A stretch of 64,000 nucleotides of DNA, taken from positions 2,432,001 through 2,496,000 of the forward strand of contig CAWAIF010000003.1 of NCBI GenBank assembly GCA_963782055.1. The letters run 5' to 3'. Of this stretch, positions 60,980-64,000 are shown in pieces. A program made the position numbers and the translations under genes. The stretch comes from an uncultured delta proteobacterium. GTDB lineage: Bacteria; Myxococcota_A; Polyangia; Polyangiales; Polyangiaceae. Numbering within the stretch: position 1 is the first letter of the stretch; every line of letters begins with the position of its first letter. The notes beneath the pieces are model-generated. The model did no database searches and was not told the DNA's origin. It worked only from the letters and a program-made list of their open reading frames with translations.

Positions 60980-61822
60980 TCACTTCTTGAAGAAGATCGG
61001 CTGCCCCAGCGCCGGGTTCAACTTCACCGTCAGGTCGTGCGTGTGGATCAGCGCGACGAAGGGCACCAGGCGGAAGAACCAGAAGGGGTACCGCAGGTAG
61101 TCGAGCGCGTAGATGTGCGTCACGCTCGCCATCACGCCGATGACGATCGGCAGGATCCAGGCGGCCGCGATGTAGCCGACGAAGATCTTGATGCCCAGGC
61201 TCTTGAACTGCGGGTTGGGCAGGAAGAGCAGGCCGATGCCCGGCAAGAAGAAGCTGACGATCGCCGCCGGAAACCACGCGTTGGTGGGGAGGGCGCCGCC
61301 GCCGATGCCCATCGCCGCGAGGGGGTCCTGCTGGAAGCCGGGCTGGCCGTAGCCCTGCTGCGGGTAGCCGGGCTGCGGCGCGTAGCCCGGCGCGCCGGGT
61401 TGCTGCGGGTAGCCTTGCGGCGCCTGCTGTTGCGCGTAGCCCTGCTGCCCGGGCGGCGGGTAGCCGGGCGGCGGCGCGCCCTGCGGCGGTGCGCCCTGGG
61501 GCGGCGGAAATCCTGGCTGCTGCTGGGGCTGTCCGTACTGGGGCTGCTGCGGCTGCTGCTGCGGGTAGCCCTGCTGCTGCTGGGGCTGACCGTACTGCGG
61601 CTGCTGCGGCTGCTGCGGGTAGCCCTGCTGCGGCTGCTGCGGCGCTTGCGGCTGACCGTACTGCGGCTGCTGCGGCTGCTGCGGCTGACCGTACTGGGGC
61701 TGCTGCGGCTGCTGCGGCTGACCGTACTGGGGCTGCTGCGGCTGCTGCGGTTGTCCCTGCTGGGGCGGATAGCCCGGCGGGTATCCCGGGGGCTGTCCTC
61801 CCCCGCCTTGAAAATTCGACAT
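60980..61822 (-). CDS. Membrane protein with Gln/Pro-rich repetitive N-terminus
   Basis: QQPQYGQPQ repeats, then SFFLPGIG and three hydrophobic segments. Confidence 0.8.
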   Translation of the reverse strand: MSNFQGGGGQPPGYPPGYPPQQGQPQQPQQPQYGQPQQPQQPQYGQPQQPQQPQYGQPQAPQQPQQGYPQQPQQPQYGQPQQQQGYPQQQPQQPQYGQPQQQPGFPPPQGAPPQGAPPPGYPPPGQQGYAQQQAPQGYPQQPGAPGYAPQPGYPQQGYGQPGFQQDPLAAMGIGGGALPTNAWFPAAIVSFFLPGIGLLFLPNPQFKSLGIKIFVGYIAAAWILPIVIGVMASVTHIYALDYLRYPFWFFRLVPFVALIHTHDLTVKLNPALGQPIFFKK

Positions 61823-61871
61823 GGACCACGTGTACCGCGATGAGGCGGCGAGCGCAAAAGGACGAGGATGC

Positions 61872-62915
61872 TTACAGCGAACAGCCGACGAGCACGGGCT
61901 CCGGCGCGAGGCGGACGCCGAAGCGATGCTCGACGCCGTCGCGGATCGTCCGGGCCAGGTCCAGCAGCTCGCGCGTCGTCGCGTCGCCCCGGTTGACCAG
62001 CGCGAGCGCGTGCTTGCTCGAGATGCCGGCGCGTCCCGCGCCGTGGCCTCGCGTGAAGCCGGCGCGCTCGATGAGCCACGCGGCGGGGACCTTCACCCGG
62101 CCGTCGTCGCCGGGGAAGCGCGGCATGTCCACCCCGGCGCCGAGGTGCGCGCGAGCGCGCTCGGCGAGGGCATCGGCCTCCGCCACGTCCATCGTCGGGT
62201 TGGTGAAGAAGGAGCCGGCGCTCACGCTGTCGGGGTCGGCCGCGTCCAGGACCATGCCCTTCGAGCGCCGCAGGGCGAGCACCGCTTCCCGCACCGCGCG
62301 CAGCGGCGCGGGCTCGCCCTCGGCCACGCCGAGGGAGCGCGCCAGCTCGGTGTAGCGGATGGGCGCGGAGGTCTGTGACGGGCGGAGGGCGAAGACGACG
62401 CGCAGCACGACGTAGCGCGGGGTCTCCTTGAGCATGCTGTGCCGGTAGGAGAACTGGCAGTCGGCGCGCGCGAGCTCCAGGATCTCCCGCTGCTCGCGGT
62501 CCCAGACACGCACCGCCACGACGGTGTCTTTCACCTCCTGGCCGTACGCCCCGACGTTCTGCATGGGCGTCGCGCCCACCAGGCCGGGGATGCCGGAGAG
62601 GCACTCGACACCGGCGAGCCCGGCCTCCACCGACCACGCGACGAAGTCGTCCCACGGCTCGCCCGCGGCGATGTCGCAGTGCACCTCGTTCGGCCCGGCG
62701 ACGAGGCGCGTGCCGCGCACGGCGATGCGGATCACCGTGCCGTCGAAGCCCTCGTCGCCGACGACCAGGTTGCTGCCGCCGCCGACGAGCAGGAGCGGCT
62801 CGCCGCGCGCGTCCAGGTCGGCGATGGCCCCGACGAGGGCCTCCTCGCTGCCCGCCTCGATCCAGGCGCGCGCGGGCCCGCCGAGTCGCAGCGTGGTTGC
62901 GGACGAGAGGAGCAC
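61872..62915 (-). CDS. murB: UDP-N-acetylmuramate dehydrogenase
   Basis: [57 protein letters not shown]. Confidence 0.95.
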   Translation of the reverse strand: MLLSSATTLRLGGPARAWIEAGSEEALVGAIADLDARGEPLLLVGGGSNLVVGDEGFDGTVIRIAVRGTRLVAGPNEVHCDIAAGEPWDDFVAWSVEAGLAGVECLSGIPGLVGATPMQNVGAYGQEVKDTVVAVRVWDREQREILELARADCQFSYRHSMLKETPRYVVLRVVFALRPSQTSAPIRYTELARSLGVAEGEPAPLRAVREAVLALRRSKGMVLDAADPDSVSAGSFFTNPTMDVAEADALAERARAHLGAGVDMPRFPGDDGRVKVPAAWLIERAGFTRGHGAGRAGISSKHALALVNRGDATTRELLDLARTIRDGVEHRFGVRLAPEPVLVGCSL

Positions 62916-63014
62916 CCGCCCTACTTACGCGAAGCCGGCCGGGTCGACCATCCGAAAGCGGCCCCCAGGGTCGCGACGCCGGACGCGCAGCGCAGCGCGC
63001 GCGGGGAGCGCCGC

Positions 63015-63326
63015 TCAGGGCACGAGCAGCACCTGGGCGACGAGCAGGGCGACGGCGGGCCAGAGCGCCCTCGCCGCGAGGGTCACCACGCGATCCTCCG
63101 CGCGCCGTGCGGCCGCACCGGCCAGCAGCGCGACCATGCCGCCGAGGTAGCCGACGATCCACGCGCGCCAGAAGAAGCCAGCGTGGATGCCGCCGATGAC
63201 GACGGCGGGGTTGGCCTCCGGCCAGAGGAGGTACTGCGCCACGCGCAGCACGCCGTAGGCTGCGACGGCCGTCTCCAGGCCGCAGATCAGCCCTATCGCC
63301 GCGGCGCGAGGTCGCGGCGTCATCAT
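63015..63326 (-). CDS. Small membrane protein
   Basis: ATG overlaps the radical SAM stop; three hydrophobic segments. Confidence 0.65.
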   Translation of the reverse strand: MMTPRPRAAAIGLICGLETAVAAYGVLRVAQYLLWPEANPAVVIGGIHAGFFWRAWIVGYLGGMVALLAGAAARRAEDRVVTLAARALWPAVALLVAQVLLVP

Positions 63327-64000
63327 GCGCGAGACTCCCGCGCGCGGTGGGCCACGACCCGCGGGCACTCCGGGTCGGGGCCGACGACGCCGTCGACGTA
63401 CGACGAGACGACCTTGCAGCCGCCGCGGCACACCCGCGCGAGCTCGCACGCGTCGCACGGCGCCGCTGGCGCGAGAGGGTAGTCGCGGACCTCGCGCGTC
63501 GCCGCGTCGTCGCCCACGCCGCGGTCGAGCGCGTCGCCGCGCGCGGAGCCCGGACCGAGGAAGCTGCACGGCGCGACCCGGCCGTCCGACCGCACCGCGG
63601 CGAGGGCGGCGCCCGCCTCGCACCCGAGCACGCCCGCCCGCGTGAAGTCGTCGGCCTTGCCGTAGAGCTCGGCGTCGCCGGAGAGCAGCGGCACCAGCGC
63701 GCAGTCGATGCGGACGCGGAAGCCGTCGGCCCGCTCGCGCACCCAGGCCCGCAGGGTGGGGCCGAGCGCGGCCACCTGCGCGCGCGAGAGGCGCCGGTCC
63801 AGGTACTCCAGGCGCGCGGCGCGCCCGGCGGGCTTGTAGCGGAGGAGCTGCGCCTCGCACGCGCCGAGCTCGCGCGCGCGCTCGAGCGTCGCCTCGAGGG
63901 ACGGGAAGCTCTGCCGCGTGAGCACGACGTTCACCCCGGTGCGCACGCCCGACGCGACGAGCAGGCCGACGGCGTTCTCCGCGGCGCGCGCGCCATCGAA
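63323..64000 (-). CDS. Radical SAM protein with SPASM domain (C-terminal part)
   Basis: CEAG...VRSDGRVAPCSF and CDACELARVCRGGC...DPEC; N-terminus lies outside the window. Confidence 0.85.
   Translation of the reverse strand, partial: FDGARAAENAVGLLVASGVRTGVNVVLTRQSFPSLEATLERARELGACEAQLLRYKPAGRAARLEYLDRRLSRAQVAALGPTLRAWVRERADGFRVRIDCALVPLLSGDAELYGKADDFTRAGVLGCEAGAALAAVRSDGRVAPCSFLGPGSARGDALDRGVGDDAATREVRDYPLAPAAPCDACELARVCRGGCKVVSSYVDGVVGPDPECPRVVAHRARESRA

Noticed and set aside
61480..61760. Non-coding tandem repeat or array
   Set aside because: In-frame coding repeats (QQPQYGQP) of the membrane protein
58589..61843. 1084-aa + strand ORF and similar long antisense ORFs (14583-17540, 21828-24416, 5986-8433, 9286-11949)
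   Set aside because: Shadow ORFs of high-GC coding strands opposite well-supported genes; no motifs

Overview
Very high-GC bacterial DNA. The Ser/Thr kinase-FHA-PEGA genes, Gly-rich and Cys-rich lipoproteins and Uma2 paralogs suggest a Myxococcota (Polyangiaceae/Labilithrix-like) genome, which is an inference. From left to right: ffh (single-base frameshift); an XPB-like helicase plus DUF790/Bax1 nuclease pair; a decayed nucleotidyltransferase TA-like pair; an FHA/kinase/PEGA/Gly-rich lipoprotein cassette with a 1488-bp tandem duplication; Uma2 genes around a SEC-C pseudogene and a Cys-rich repeat lipoprotein; and CBM9-like, TPR and AAA-DUF4143 genes. A ~33-kb mixed-orientation surface-polysaccharide/glycosylation locus follows (about 19.9-53.1 kb: Wzc, GT4s, two AsnB, PglC/D/E/F-like, WbpA/D/E-like, flippase, O-antigen ligase-like). 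Its central ~19 kb is visibly lower in GC and holds two nested IS graveyards (IS66+IS10-like with intact TIRs and TSDs; ISL3+IS21-end+IS66). The most unusual structure is at 53.1-55.1 kb: two convergent four-helix-bundle (23S-IVP/Avd-like) genes, each with the same conserved hairpin-forming leader, enclosing a spacer with six hairpins and bracketed by low-complexity repeats. The right end has Uma2, an NTase, a third Gly-rich lipoprotein, hrpB, a Pro/Gln-rich membrane protein, murB and a partial radical SAM/SPASM gene. No rRNA, tRNA or CRISPR array was seen. All assignments are from manual reading, without database searches.
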